Virus record (IMG/VR): IMGVR_UViG_3300031784_000002
Strand: one strand, 5' to 3'
Source of the DNA: a virus
Taxonomy: Duplodnaviria > Caudoviricetes
Length of the DNA stretch: 64,000 nt
Of this stretch, positions 22,801 through 31,238 are shown piece by piece. The notes beneath the pieces are model-generated. The model was not told the DNA's origin. It made no database searches and saw only the letters and a list, made by a program, of their open reading frames with translations. Position numbers and translations under genes: made by a program. How positions within the stretch are numbered: position 1 is the first letter of the stretch; each line of letters starts with the position of its first letter.

Positions 22801-24356
22801 ATTTAATTCTTACTATTCCAAACAATGTAGGAATAATTTCTTCTTTCAATTCTTTATTAGTAGATAGAGTACAGGGAACTTTAAATCAAAATACTGTAGA
22901 CAGTCTATACTATGTGGGTTCTTCTGGAACTTCACTTCTTGCTAATGCAACGGTAAATACAATAACTGATTTGACTGATGGATTGCATTTCAAAGTCAGT
23001 CATAATAATCATGGAATGTATTCTTTGGCTGATAAAGTCACACTTTCTGGAATTCAACCAGATCAAAAACCAGAAACATTGAAGGCTTTATATGATTCTA
23101 CCTCTACAAGTGATATTTCGGTAAGTTCTGTTGGAATATTCACTAGTTTTGAAAACGTTCCTGTATCTTCAGTAAACCCTGGATATATTTTAATTGATAA
23201 TGAAGTTATCAGATATACTGGAATAGTTACATCAACAAGTAGTCTAATTGGAATAACTAGAAATATTGATGATACTATTTCTGGATCATATGATATTGAC
23301 TTCCCCATCTTTAAATATGAATTAAACGGAGTATCTCTAAGAAGAATCAACAAAACTCATAATTTATCTGATACAAACTTAGTAACTTATCCAACTGATT
23401 TGGATTACTATTATGTTAAGGTTGGAATGAGTAGTAGGGGTATTGATAGAACACCAGGAAATGGTCTTGGATATCCTGCTCTATACTTTAACGATGATAA
23501 GTCTTGTGGATCATATGATATTGTTCCTCTACTTGGATCACCAAGAGGACCTAAAGCGACTCAGAATATACCATTTAATGTTATTAGACCAAATATTCAA
23601 ACATTATTACCACAAAAAACTTCTATATCTGCAAAGGTAAGAACTTTCAGCGGATCTACACCAGATAGCAATTTAACTCCATTTTTAGATCAAGGATTTG
23701 TTGATGTATCTCTAAACTCAAATAATGAATTTAATTCACCAAGAATTATCTCTTCTCAAGTTAATGAAGAAACATATCTATCAAGTTTTCCTGGTAAAAA
23801 ATCTCTCACTATGGAGTTGACATTATCAACTCAAAATGAAAAAGTTTCTCCAATGATTGATTTGGATAGAGTTAATTTAGTTACTATTGCTAATAGAATT
23901 AATTCTAAAGTCGTAGACTATTCTACTGATCCAAGAGTTAATTCTCTGAAAGATGATCCAACCGCAGCAACATACTTAAGTAACATCGTTATTTTGGATA
24001 AGGCTGCTGATAATTTGAAAGTTTTCTTTGATGCTTTCCGTCATTCTACAAATGACATTAGAGTATGTTATAGAATCTTTAGATCGGATTCTCCTTCAGA
24101 ACCTCAACTTTGGCAGTTATTCCCAGGATATGATAACTTGGATGCAAATCTACAAGTCATTAATTCGGCTAAAAACAATGGAAGACCTGATAAAAATGTA
24201 GCAAGTTCTACATCCGAAGATAACTTCAATTCTTATGAATTTACTGCTGCTAATTTACCACAGTTTAATGGATTCCAGATAAAGATCTTAATGTCGGGAA
24301 CTAATTCAGCATTTGTTCCAAAAATTAGAGACTTTAGAGTTATTGCAACGATTTAA
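16872..24356 (+). CDS. Large baseplate or tail structural protein (VrlC/DUF4815-like), 2494 aa
   Basis: N-terminal NLNTSPYFDDFDPTKNYQRVLFKPGTPIQARELTTLQSILQNQ, then APGADRL and VDPIAQSF motifs. This protein typically follows gp8 in cyanomyophages. Confidence 0.8.
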   Translation: MAQNTNLNTSPYFDDFDPTKNYQRVLFKPGTPIQARELTTLQSILQNQVEKFGKHFFKEGSVVIPGNIAYDSEYTCVQIDPTHLSIPVVTYLSFLIGKQIKGETSGVFAKIENYITSEESENDTFTLYIKYQSSSETDFTRSTFVDGENLIVLENIDYGLGVIRLESSFATTIISNSTATGSAAKIESGVYFIRGFFVDVFPQTVILDQYSNLPSYRIGLSIFEDIAVPSQENLDLFDNARGFSNFAAPGADRLRIVTTLIKKSLDDFNDENFIELLRIENGNIKRILRKEDIPSLITDELARRTTDESGDYYVTPFRVVPKESLNDKIGNNGVYNLGQLTKQGSIPSDDLLTLQISPGKAYVKGYEVETLVTVNADLEKPRTTTTVNDITVPFSLGNQVELNNVYGSIPVGFGSTSQVTLYSRRTATPGLPSGIPVGVARVYDLKLKNTAYANSSTPFEASVYDVQTYTYLTLNTTVTLTKPSFVEGKNSSASGYLTSAVTNSNQVVLYQTSGEFIVGEQLKIDGQDISRTIVSVRDYDLGDIKQLVGYVGTTTSFTADTVLSVGVPIAPQGTTFTISAGSGGISTVTTSTSTFGVGINTGDIFVYTKSGETVPTYNRVTSVNASAKSISIEATTSVSGINSGGLPTSITNTSGLFKGVSTLLNNKQSFLFAELQNQNVASVDVSDAEIVYRKSYSVTVASNGLTATLESDTSITLEPFDEEDYYLVFSDGTVETLTSSQFTITSGRTLTLVNLSKNGSATLTATLRKRRLKSRKKVFNRCAVLDIRNSSSRSSGIGSTTLNDGLTYSSYYGTRVQDSRISLNVPDVIFVAGVFESSDSNDAELPRLEVVDLNANILNAIKGEIIYGQSSNAIAKFVATNGTNQLEFVYINENAFIKGEKILFGESNVSARISSLIEGDRNIMTDFLFDNGQTLEIADYSSLRRKSGVTAPTKRLKIIYDYYYIDPNDTGDFVTVSSYERERYSQDMPRISYYRSSDIIDLRPRVSPYNSALTPFSPFEFDSRKFLASTNSSPYNFAKDRDLFLSYSYYLGRIDKLYLNRYGEFFVTKGVASQTPIAPNNIENAMEVATITMSPYVYNVKDVIVKLSSHKRYRMQDIARLEDRIRNIEYYTSLSLLETDTKNLSLRDSQTQLDRFKCGFLVDNFKSIRSGSLGDSQHKCSVDTEEGVLRPQHYTTSIDLLLGSESVTGISNISNPDADLRFVKDLGNPNTVKVGDVVCLKYSDEVFLKNTFATRVENVNPFNVVNWIGSIELNPSTDTWIETRGSKRTIDQEGNYEATLRALGADSNTGLSPIDWGSWETTWTGRQEIARQNVHTIFQGSTFVGSTGTWWREEQTFRDQYLTFANVTTLNTTRQSRQGVQYKVGERIDSVNLGTSVVSTEIIHVMRSRNIEFIAKRLKPKTKVYAFFDNVDMNKYVVPKLIEIQMESGTFTVGETVVGTVGTTSIKFRLATANHKYGPYNQPEQVFTDNPYSPTQLIPISYSTTSTILNVDTASLELQSASGFYGHVIPNMQLRGETSKAVAKIMDVRLVTDVSGTVIGSLFIPDSRLQSTPSFETGTKTFVLTTSSTNTPIVGATDSIADVKFRSSGTINNTEEVTLRTRNANVERTSRTEERTLTSQETELTAGTTFINRTVVQTRWVDPIAQSFEVPEETGIFITKCDLFFRTKDTNNLPITMQIRTMQTGLPTTTIIPFGEVVLDPSQVNVSEDGRTPTTFTFSSPVYLESGNDYCVVLLSVSNEYTVWISRMGEEDITTLNLPESQKIVVSQQPLLGSLFKSQNGATWDPSQLEDLKLTLYRAKFVTGSSTVRFYNPKLDIGNNQIVTLRPNPLDCISKSTLIGLGKSLTSTEVTGLTPGSPILQNNNQTFRSNLKSIVGSVGIGSTLVVTSAGAAFTSTFKTYSNVDLVSLTGFGFGAKVNLSVQNGVAIAATVSIGGTGYAYGDSLRVNYTQTDGLGSNLILTIPNNVGIISSFNSLLVDRVQGTLNQNTVDSLYYVGSSGTSLLANATVNTITDLTDGLHFKVSHNNHGMYSLADKVTLSGIQPDQKPETLKALYDSTSTSDISVSSVGIFTSFENVPVSSVNPGYILIDNEVIRYTGIVTSTSSLIGITRNIDDTISGSYDIDFPIFKYELNGVSLRRINKTHNLSDTNLVTYPTDLDYYYVKVGMSSRGIDRTPGNGLGYPALYFNDDKSCGSYDIVPLLGSPRGPKATQNIPFNVIRPNIQTLLPQKTSISAKVRTFSGSTPDSNLTPFLDQGFVDVSLNSNNEFNSPRIISSQVNEETYLSSFPGKKSLTMELTLSTQNEKVSPMIDLDRVNLVTIANRINSKVVDYSTDPRVNSLKDDPTAATYLSNIVILDKAADNLKVFFDAFRHSTNDIRVCYRIFRSDSPSEPQLWQLFPGYDNLDANLQVINSAKNNGRPDKNVASSTSEDNFNSYEFTAANLPQFNGFQIKILMSGTNSAFVPKIRDFRVIATI

Positions 24357-24361
24357 AAATT

Positions 24362-24604
24362 ATGTTAGTACCTGTAGAAGGAAACATGGGGTTGTTTCGA
24401 GATGAGAACTCCAACGCTATTCTAAACTGTTCAGATTCTGAGTATAAAAAATATTTGGAATTAAAAACAGAAAAAATAAATGAAGTTGATAGATTGAATC
24501 AAATTGATAATAAAGTGAATGAAATAGATCAACTGAAGTCTGATGTGAATGAAATGAAGGATATGATGAAGTTAATTTTATCTAAATTGGACTCTGGATC
24601 ATAA
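24362..24604 (+). CDS. Small hypothetical protein with C-terminal coiled coil
   Basis: ATG follows closely after the upstream stop. The C-terminus has a heptad pattern (EIDQLKSDVNEMKDMMKLIL). Confidence 0.75.
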   Translation: MLVPVEGNMGLFRDENSNAILNCSDSEYKKYLELKTEKINEVDRLNQIDNKVNEIDQLKSDVNEMKDMMKLILSKLDSGS

Positions 24605-24607
24605 ATA
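24600..24607 (+). promoter_or_regulatory. Late promoter (CATAAATA)
   Basis: NATAAATA overlapping the upstream stop codon, about 20 nt before the next ATG. Confidence 0.65.
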
Positions 24608-24627
24608 CTTAAAAACGGATTCTAATA

Positions 24628-24960
24628 ATGGCGGCAAGGAATGTAAACTTAGTTCTTGAACAAGGGGTTGACTTTCAAGCCACCTTTACAATCAGGAATA
24701 CTAATAACGCACCATTAAATTTAACTGGGTATACGGGAATTTCCTCAATTAGGAAACATCCAACATCTTCCACGACATATCCATTAACACTAACTTTTCC
24801 CGATAGGATCAATGGAAAAATTGCAGTTTCTATGGGATATACTGCAACTGACGCGATTGAAGGTGGTCGTTATGTTTATGATGTTATTCTTATTTCTCCT
24901 AATTCTTACAGAACCCGAGCTGTTCAAGGAAATGTTCTGGTAACTCCAGGAGTATCATAA
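24628..24960 (+). CDS. Small virion structural protein (Ig-like baseplate or fibre adaptor type)
   Basis: NLVLEQGVDFQATF...LNLTGY...GRYVYDV...QGNVLVTPGV pattern seen in phage baseplate adaptor proteins. It is coupled to the next ORF by TAATG. Confidence 0.7.
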   Translation: MAARNVNLVLEQGVDFQATFTIRNTNNAPLNLTGYTGISSIRKHPTSSTTYPLTLTFPDRINGKIAVSMGYTATDAIEGGRYVYDVILISPNSYRTRAVQGNVLVTPGVS

Positions 24961-25637
24961 TGACAGATTACTTAGTAACGTTAAATGAACCAGGTCCTTA
25001 TAGAATTGGTGTTGACTATGAAATTCCCACCAAATCTATTCAGTATGGGAATATCATTCTTGACAATATAAACTCTCAGTTTACTGGAACTGCACATACT
25101 TTTGGATTAGCTGCGACTGGGACATCTTATGTTCCAATCAATGATCAACAACTGATTGTTGTAAAAAACAATCTTGTAATGGAACCAATTGAAGATTATA
25201 CAACATCCACAAATAATATAATATTTACTGTTGCTCCTAATCCTGGAGATGATGTTTTTATTATTGCTCTTGCAACAACAGCGGATTTAACCAGAACAAT
25301 CAACTATGTTATAGATAGTGGTTCATTTGCAATGATTCCTGGAAATAAGGGTTCAGTTACTTTGGATGTAAGTGGGGTCATAGAATCTTTAGTAATTTTG
25401 TCAGACCAACAAGGGGATCTGACTTTAGATATTAAAAAATCAACATACTCGACATTTCCAACCTTTACTTCTATAGTTGGTGGAGTATATCCACAAATGA
25501 CAAATGCTAGAAAAGTTAGAGATGATAACCTAGTTAATTGGGACACAACTTTGGTTGCTGGTAATATTTTGACCTTTGATGTGGTATCTGTGAACAATAT
25601 AAATCGTTTTCTAGTTTCTTTAAAATTAAAATTATAA
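24960..25637 (+). CDS. Putative virion structural protein
   Basis: Beta-rich 225-aa ORF in a late operon, containing an NNIIFTVAPNPGDDVFI module. Confidence 0.7.
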   Translation: MTDYLVTLNEPGPYRIGVDYEIPTKSIQYGNIILDNINSQFTGTAHTFGLAATGTSYVPINDQQLIVVKNNLVMEPIEDYTTSTNNIIFTVAPNPGDDVFIIALATTADLTRTINYVIDSGSFAMIPGNKGSVTLDVSGVIESLVILSDQQGDLTLDIKKSTYSTFPTFTSIVGGVYPQMTNARKVRDDNLVNWDTTLVAGNILTFDVVSVNNINRFLVSLKLKL

Positions 25638-25640
25638 ATA
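25633..25640 (+). promoter_or_regulatory. T4-type late promoter TATAAATA
   Basis: Exact consensus overlapping the upstream TAA. Confidence 0.8.
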
Positions 25641-25683
25641 AAGATAGTTATTACAAATCATAACCTGTAGGGGAGTTGTTTAA

Positions 25684-26691
25684 ATGGCGCTATTAGTTCC
25701 AAATATTGGAGAACTTGAGTCACTCAGATACTTGGTTGCACAGAACAACCACACCGCAAGTCTTGCTGACCAGTCTCCCAGAAACCTAGTTTTAAAACTT
25801 TTTACAAGTAACACGACTCCAGCTGAGTCTGATGTTCCTTCTGCAACCAGATACTTTGAACCATATGGAATTGGTAATACCAATGCTTATGGATTTGCTC
25901 CAACCACAGGTTATCCATATTGTGTTAATAATAGATCAGATCAAACATATACTTCACAAACTGGTATTCTACTAAACGGATCTCGTTGGAGAATTAACCA
26001 GGTCGGTTCTGGTACAACCGCAACATACCCAGAACAAACATTCACCTTTACTGGAGATGCAGGTGATGTCTACGGTTACTATGTAACTCGTGCAAACAAC
26101 ATGCCTGTGGCTGTACAAGGCGTTGTTCATGCGGCTTCTGTAGGAATTGGAACCACAGTTTCCAAGGGTGATAACACTGATCCAGTTATCGGAGTTATTG
26201 GCAATCAATATATTACTATTGACCCAGATCAAAGCGTTGATGATCTAACCTTAGGAATGGTTGTTGGTGGTAATGCTGGAATCCAAACCGGAACTCAAGT
26301 CATTGGTATTGATAGGGCTCTAAAAGTTGTTTATCTAGATAAATCACTCATTGATAACATTCAGGTTGCAACTGACCCAAGTGTAACTTTTAGTTATGGT
26401 AAGATTGTATCAAATGGCCACCAACTTGTTGCTGGTGATATTCTCTATGTTGCTGCTGGTACAGGAAACACAACTTTAACATCTTCCACGTATACCGTAT
26501 TCAGTGTTCCAAACGCTAACGAGTTCTATACAACCCCTGCACTTACTCCAACACCAAACGCAACTTCTGGACTAAGCAGTGCAACTCTTTATAGTTCTAT
26601 CATGTATGCTGAGAGATTTACGAATGGTCCTTATACCATTCAAAATAACGGCGACCAAATTAAGATCACTCTTAACGTCGCTCTAGACTGA
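25684..26691 (+). CDS. Putative virion structural or tail protein with inserted domains
   Basis: The core LVLKLF...TATYPEQTFTF...VYGYYV and C-terminal MYAERF...GDQIKIT resemble small phage tail proteins. About 160 aa of beta-rich sequence lies between them. Confidence 0.7.
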   Translation: MALLVPNIGELESLRYLVAQNNHTASLADQSPRNLVLKLFTSNTTPAESDVPSATRYFEPYGIGNTNAYGFAPTTGYPYCVNNRSDQTYTSQTGILLNGSRWRINQVGSGTTATYPEQTFTFTGDAGDVYGYYVTRANNMPVAVQGVVHAASVGIGTTVSKGDNTDPVIGVIGNQYITIDPDQSVDDLTLGMVVGGNAGIQTGTQVIGIDRALKVVYLDKSLIDNIQVATDPSVTFSYGKIVSNGHQLVAGDILYVAAGTGNTTLTSSTYTVFSVPNANEFYTTPALTPTPNATSGLSSATLYSSIMYAERFTNGPYTIQNNGDQIKITLNVALD

Positions 26692-26697
26692 TATCTA

Positions 26698-26705
26698 AAT
26701 AAATA
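26698..26705 (+). promoter_or_regulatory. Late promoter-like AATAAATA
   Basis: NATAAATA just after the stop of the 335-aa gene. Confidence 0.55.
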
Positions 26706-26720
26706 TATCATTGGATTTTT

Positions 26721-26749
26721 GGGGATTGTTGAACACAGTCCCCTTTTTT
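26721..26749 (+). terminator. Intrinsic terminator-like hairpin
   Basis: GGGGATTGT-TGAAC-ACAGTCCCC forms a 9-bp stem (one G-U pair) followed by TTTTTT. Confidence 0.7.
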
Positions 26750-26775
26750 ATTCTAACTCCCCCTTCCAGGTGAAG

Positions 26776-27150
26776 ATGAATATTTACGTCTACGATTCAT
26801 CTACTATCAATGAATATTTGTCGGACGATTGTGGACTCATTTCATCGTCGCCGATAGAGGTTTTGGATTGTGGTGGAATAGTTGAAACATATAATTATAC
26901 TGAAGACTGTTATGCAATTAATTGTTCCGAAACTTTGTATCCTTTTGGAAGTATAAAAATATCCAATTCTAAACAAACTTGTTATAAGAAAGTTTCTTCT
27001 GAATTTGTACGATTTGAAAATTTAAATAAGAAATCTATAATACTAACAGGTATTATTATCACATGGTACGGCTATGGAACTTTATTTGAAATTAATGATG
27101 GACTAATAAGACAAGTTGTACCTGATGTTTCCGGTGGAGGCATAGTATAA
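26776..27150 (+). CDS. Small Cys-containing paralog of the N-terminal repeat of the downstream 1344-aa protein
   Basis: The ATG at 26776 follows AGGTG. The ORF-track TTG start at 26719 runs through the terminator, so it is unlikely. It shares the DxGLI and ETLYPFG(S/T)I motifs with the next gene, and is coupled to it by TAATG. Confidence 0.65.
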   Translation: MNIYVYDSSTINEYLSDDCGLISSSPIEVLDCGGIVETYNYTEDCYAINCSETLYPFGSIKISNSKQTCYKKVSSEFVRFENLNKKSIILTGIIITWYGYGTLFEINDGLIRQVVPDVSGGGIV

Positions 27151-30100
27151 TGACATTATACCAATATTCCGGATCAGGTTCTTTAAGCCAATTTTCAAGT
27201 AGTAGTAATAATAAAACGGTTTCATATAACCTATCTTCTGTTTATCTCTACACAACGGAAGATTTCGGTAACGTATTTGAATTGCAACCTAATGGTTTTA
27301 GTAATAATACTATAGATTTTAGTCAAACAACACATACATTTGATGAGATTAATGTAGGTCTTGAAGGACTTATATTCAATGATTATGGAGATCTTTTAGC
27401 TGCAAGTGAAACTGAAGATTATGGACCAATAACAGGGTTTGGCGCTACAGAAACCCTCTATCCATTTGGAACTATAACTTTAAGTGGATCTGCAATAACA
27501 CAGTCCAACTATAGATTATACTTTACTGGATCTGCAATAGAGAAATTTGTCCATAGTCCAGATAATTTATCTGGTTCTCTATTCGGTTTTGGCGAAAAAA
27601 TTGAAAATAGATCTTATGATTATAATTTGGAATCAGTATTTAATGATTCTGATGATTATGGATCCATTACAAATATTTCTGGATTTATAGATGATTATGA
27701 GACAATAACTGAACCTGGACTTCTTCTAGAATATGGATTAATAACCGAGCCTATAACCGGCGGCATAGTATTACCATTTGGAACTATAACTTTAAGTGGA
27801 TCTGCAATAACTCAACCAAATTATAGGTTGTATTTCTCTGGATCTGCAATAGAGAAATTTGTACATAGTCCCGACAATCTTTCTGGAACTTTATTTGGAT
27901 TTGGTCAAAAGATAGAGTCTATTACTTTTGATTATAATGAAACATCTATTTCTGAAAATATTCTTGATTATGGATTAATATCTAATGAGTTTAGTGGAGT
28001 TGGAGATTATGGTAATCTTAGTGAATATTCTGGAAGCTCTGCATTCGATAATTATGGATTGATTTCTGATCCAACTCCAACAGAAACATTTACGTATCCA
28101 TTTGGTACTTTATCATTCTCTGGTTCTTCATCACAATTATTCGTAAAAGGACCATATTCTCCATCAGGATCTATATTTGTATTTTCTGGATCTGCTTATG
28201 CAGAATCATTTACTGCAGATACTCCAGACAATACTCAACTATTCCAGATCTCTGGATCAGCTTTACCCTCTGATGTAGACGTTTATGTTGGTATAGGAAC
28301 TTTATTCTCTGTTGGGGAAAAGGTTGAAAGTGTTACGTATGATTACAACATAGATTCGATAACTACAAATTCTCTAGAAGATTTTGGATTAGTATCTATT
28401 GCATCTACGGAATCATCTGATTGGGGATTAATTACCTTATCAGTAGATGATGGTATTGATAATCTTGGATCGTTGATAGGAAATCCATTTGCATCTACAC
28501 CATTCGGAACAATTACATTATCCGGCGATTCATTATTAAGTTTCCAGAAAGGTCCATTTATACCATCAGGATCTATTGTATTCTCTGGATTTGGTGGTGT
28601 ACAATCATTCACCGCAAATACCCCAGACAATACTCAACTATTCCAAATTTCTGGATCCGCTCTAACATCAGATGTAGACATTTATGTTGGCATAGGAACT
28701 CTATTCAAGTTTGGTGAGAAGATTGAGAGTGTCACTTATGATTATAATGAATCTTCAATAAGTGATAATGAAGATGATTTTGGATTAATAACAAACCTTG
28801 ATACTCAGTTCAGTGATTATGGATTTATTAGTGAATCTGGTGGCGGTCAGGTTGATGATGATTATGGCCTAATATCACAAGTTGTAACTGCAATATCTGG
28901 ATATCCATTTGGATCTCTAGTTATTTCTGGAACAGCTTCAGACATCAAAGAAACCGATTCTTATATTGGTCTTGGAACTATATTCTTATCTAGTCAGAGT
29001 GAACTTGTTGAAGTTGAATCTTATGATGGATCTGGAACAATCTTTGTTTCTGGAACTGCAGTTGAAAAAGATATAGATTCCTATGTAGGTGTTGGAACAC
29101 TTACACTTTCAACATCTGCATTTGAATCAGAAATTGAGATATATGCTGGATCAGGAACTCTTACTCTCTCCGGAATTGCAACTGAAAGAGTAACATTTAA
29201 TCCCCCAGAAACTACCCAACTCTTCCAGATTTCTGGGACCGCAGTTGAGAAAGATGTTGATTCTTATGTGGGCTTTGGAACAATCTTTATTAGTGGAGAA
29301 CTCGTACATCCAAATATTGATTATACCCCACATTATGGTATTGAGAAAAACATTGGAATCGGTACTACAGGAATTCAACTTTCTGGATCTGCAACAGATG
29401 TATATTCTGCACAAACTCCAGAAAATACTCAACTATTCCAGATTTCTGGTATTGCAACCGAAAGAGTAACATTCAATCCTCCAGAAAATAATCAACTCTT
29501 CCAGATTTCTGGTGGATATGTAGACCTAAAGGCTACAAATTCTTATGTTGGTACTGGTGGTACTATAACACTTTCTTCCACATTAGTAGAGAAGAATACA
29601 GAATCCTATGTTGGAGTTGGCACTGTCACATTCTCTGGAACTGCTCTAGAGTCTCTCTCTGCTCAAACTCCAGAGAATATAATTCTCTATACATTCTCTG
29701 GAACTGGTTTAGAAAGTGAAACTGAAGTTTATACTGGTCTTGGAACTGCGTTTATTGATGTTTCTTCTAGAAACTACTCTCCAGTATATCCACGAAATGC
29801 TCTACCTACTGATCCAAGTTCCGGTATTGGCACTATCAGAATTAATGATGATGATGGTCTTACAATTACAAGAGCTGTATTACCTTACTTCGCCAAAGGT
29901 GGAATTGTTCTTTCCAATACAGGTAATGAGAGCTTCACAAGAACAAATTATGATGGCAGTGGTTTAATTACGGTATCTGGAGTTTCTTCTACAAGAGAAA
30001 TTGCAGTTTATACTGCAGTTGGATTTGGTACAATTACATTTGCTACCGAAACATTAATTGAAACTGATGTTGATGCTTATTCTGGATCTGGTTCTATTAT

Positions 30101-31184
30101 AGTTTCTGGTGCATCTATTGATAGAAGAATTGATAATTACAACGGAGCTGGTTCGATTGCATTCCTTTCCGGAGCTTCGGAATCACTCGTAGCGCAGACT
30201 CCAGAAAATACTCAACTCTTTACAATTTCTGGATCTGCAGCCGATGCATATTCTGCACAAACTCCAGAAACTGAAGTTCTTTATCAATTTAGTGGCAATA
30301 TCAGTGAGTCTAGAACTTATGGATACGAAGGTTCTGGCCAGGCAACCTTTAGTTCTGCTGCAGTACCAATTTTCGAACCAAGAGTATTTGGTACTGGATT
30401 ACTAAGGTTTGCAACTTATCTAAGTGATAGTCTATACGATACTTGTGATTCCACTGATCTTACTTCAGATTATCAGATTTCTGCGTTTGTTAAGTTTGTT
30501 TCTAATCCTCCAGAAAATACTGTTCTTTATAATTTCAACGGATCTGCATCTACAACAGAAATTCAAGTTTACACATACTCTGGATTTGGTTCTGTTGGAA
30601 TATCTGGATCACATATTAGTAGTAAAACTAAGTCAGTTGTTGGAATTGGAACTCTCAGTATTACTTCAACGGCAGTTAAGAAAGATATTGATTCTTATGT
30701 TGGTTCTGGATCTATTGCAATTCTTTCTGGTTCTGCAGAATCCAAAGTTTCTGTTATTCCACGATCTACTGTTCTATTCAGTATTTCTGGAGTTTCTTCG
30801 ACCAGAACATTCAAGATCAAGACTTATTCTGGAGTCGGAACTGCATATTTCAGTGGATCTGCATCTACCAAAGTATTATCAAGACGTTCTTACTCTGGAG
30901 TCGGTACAATTTATCTCTCCGGAGAACTTGTACATCCAAATATTAAATTCATACCAGCATCTAAAGGTGCCGGTCTCATCAACATTAATGGTTCTGGACT
31001 TGAAAAAATTGGATATAAGTATATACCAATACCACAAACTCTATTCGCATTCTCTGGTGGATTTGAATCATTTACAAAAACCGGATATATTGGCGTCGGA
31101 ACAATTTATATTCAACCTACTTCTTCTTCTTCAACTATCAATAATCCTTACCAAATCCCAAGAGTTTATGTCACAATCATTTAA
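27150..31184 (+). CDS. Large repeat-rich virion structural protein (fibre-like), 1344 aa
   Basis: Many internal repeats: D(Y/F)GLI, (Y)PFGTITLSGSA, TP(D/E)NTQLFQISG and DSYVGxGT. Confidence 0.75.
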   Translation: MTLYQYSGSGSLSQFSSSSNNKTVSYNLSSVYLYTTEDFGNVFELQPNGFSNNTIDFSQTTHTFDEINVGLEGLIFNDYGDLLAASETEDYGPITGFGATETLYPFGTITLSGSAITQSNYRLYFTGSAIEKFVHSPDNLSGSLFGFGEKIENRSYDYNLESVFNDSDDYGSITNISGFIDDYETITEPGLLLEYGLITEPITGGIVLPFGTITLSGSAITQPNYRLYFSGSAIEKFVHSPDNLSGTLFGFGQKIESITFDYNETSISENILDYGLISNEFSGVGDYGNLSEYSGSSAFDNYGLISDPTPTETFTYPFGTLSFSGSSSQLFVKGPYSPSGSIFVFSGSAYAESFTADTPDNTQLFQISGSALPSDVDVYVGIGTLFSVGEKVESVTYDYNIDSITTNSLEDFGLVSIASTESSDWGLITLSVDDGIDNLGSLIGNPFASTPFGTITLSGDSLLSFQKGPFIPSGSIVFSGFGGVQSFTANTPDNTQLFQISGSALTSDVDIYVGIGTLFKFGEKIESVTYDYNESSISDNEDDFGLITNLDTQFSDYGFISESGGGQVDDDYGLISQVVTAISGYPFGSLVISGTASDIKETDSYIGLGTIFLSSQSELVEVESYDGSGTIFVSGTAVEKDIDSYVGVGTLTLSTSAFESEIEIYAGSGTLTLSGIATERVTFNPPETTQLFQISGTAVEKDVDSYVGFGTIFISGELVHPNIDYTPHYGIEKNIGIGTTGIQLSGSATDVYSAQTPENTQLFQISGIATERVTFNPPENNQLFQISGGYVDLKATNSYVGTGGTITLSSTLVEKNTESYVGVGTVTFSGTALESLSAQTPENIILYTFSGTGLESETEVYTGLGTAFIDVSSRNYSPVYPRNALPTDPSSGIGTIRINDDDGLTITRAVLPYFAKGGIVLSNTGNESFTRTNYDGSGLITVSGVSSTREIAVYTAVGFGTITFATETLIETDVDAYSGSGSIIVSGASIDRRIDNYNGAGSIAFLSGASESLVAQTPENTQLFTISGSAADAYSAQTPETEVLYQFSGNISESRTYGYEGSGQATFSSAAVPIFEPRVFGTGLLRFATYLSDSLYDTCDSTDLTSDYQISAFVKFVSNPPENTVLYNFNGSASTTEIQVYTYSGFGSVGISGSHISSKTKSVVGIGTLSITSTAVKKDIDSYVGSGSIAILSGSAESKVSVIPRSTVLFSISGVSSTRTFKIKTYSGVGTAYFSGSASTKVLSRRSYSGVGTIYLSGELVHPNIKFIPASKGAGLININGSGLEKIGYKYIPIPQTLFAFSGGFESFTKTGYIGVGTIYIQPTSSSSTINNPYQIPRVYVTII
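27462..27875 (+). repeat. Internal tandem duplication in the 1344-aa gene
   Basis: CCATTTGGAACTATAACTTTAAGTGGATCTGCAATAAC occurs at about 27462 and 27775. CTGGATCTGCAATAGAGAAATTTGT occurs at about 27526 and 27838. Confidence 0.8.
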
Positions 31185-31194
31185 TTAATTTAAT

Positions 31195-31202
31195 GATAAA
31201 TA
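31195..31202 (+). promoter_or_regulatory. Late promoter (GATAAATA)
   Basis: NATAAATA in the intergenic gap before the 2312-aa gene. Confidence 0.65.
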
Positions 31203-31238
31203 TATCAGAAGAAAGAGTAGTTTGGGTTACGTCGTACT

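Noticed and set aside
30424-31188. 254-aa overlapping + strand ORF at the end of the 1344-aa gene (possible frameshift product)
   Set aside because: It is Leu-rich, as expected for a shifted reading of TCT/ACT/GGA-rich codons. I saw no slippery site or recognisable motif, and the main frame continues its repeat pattern to the stop.
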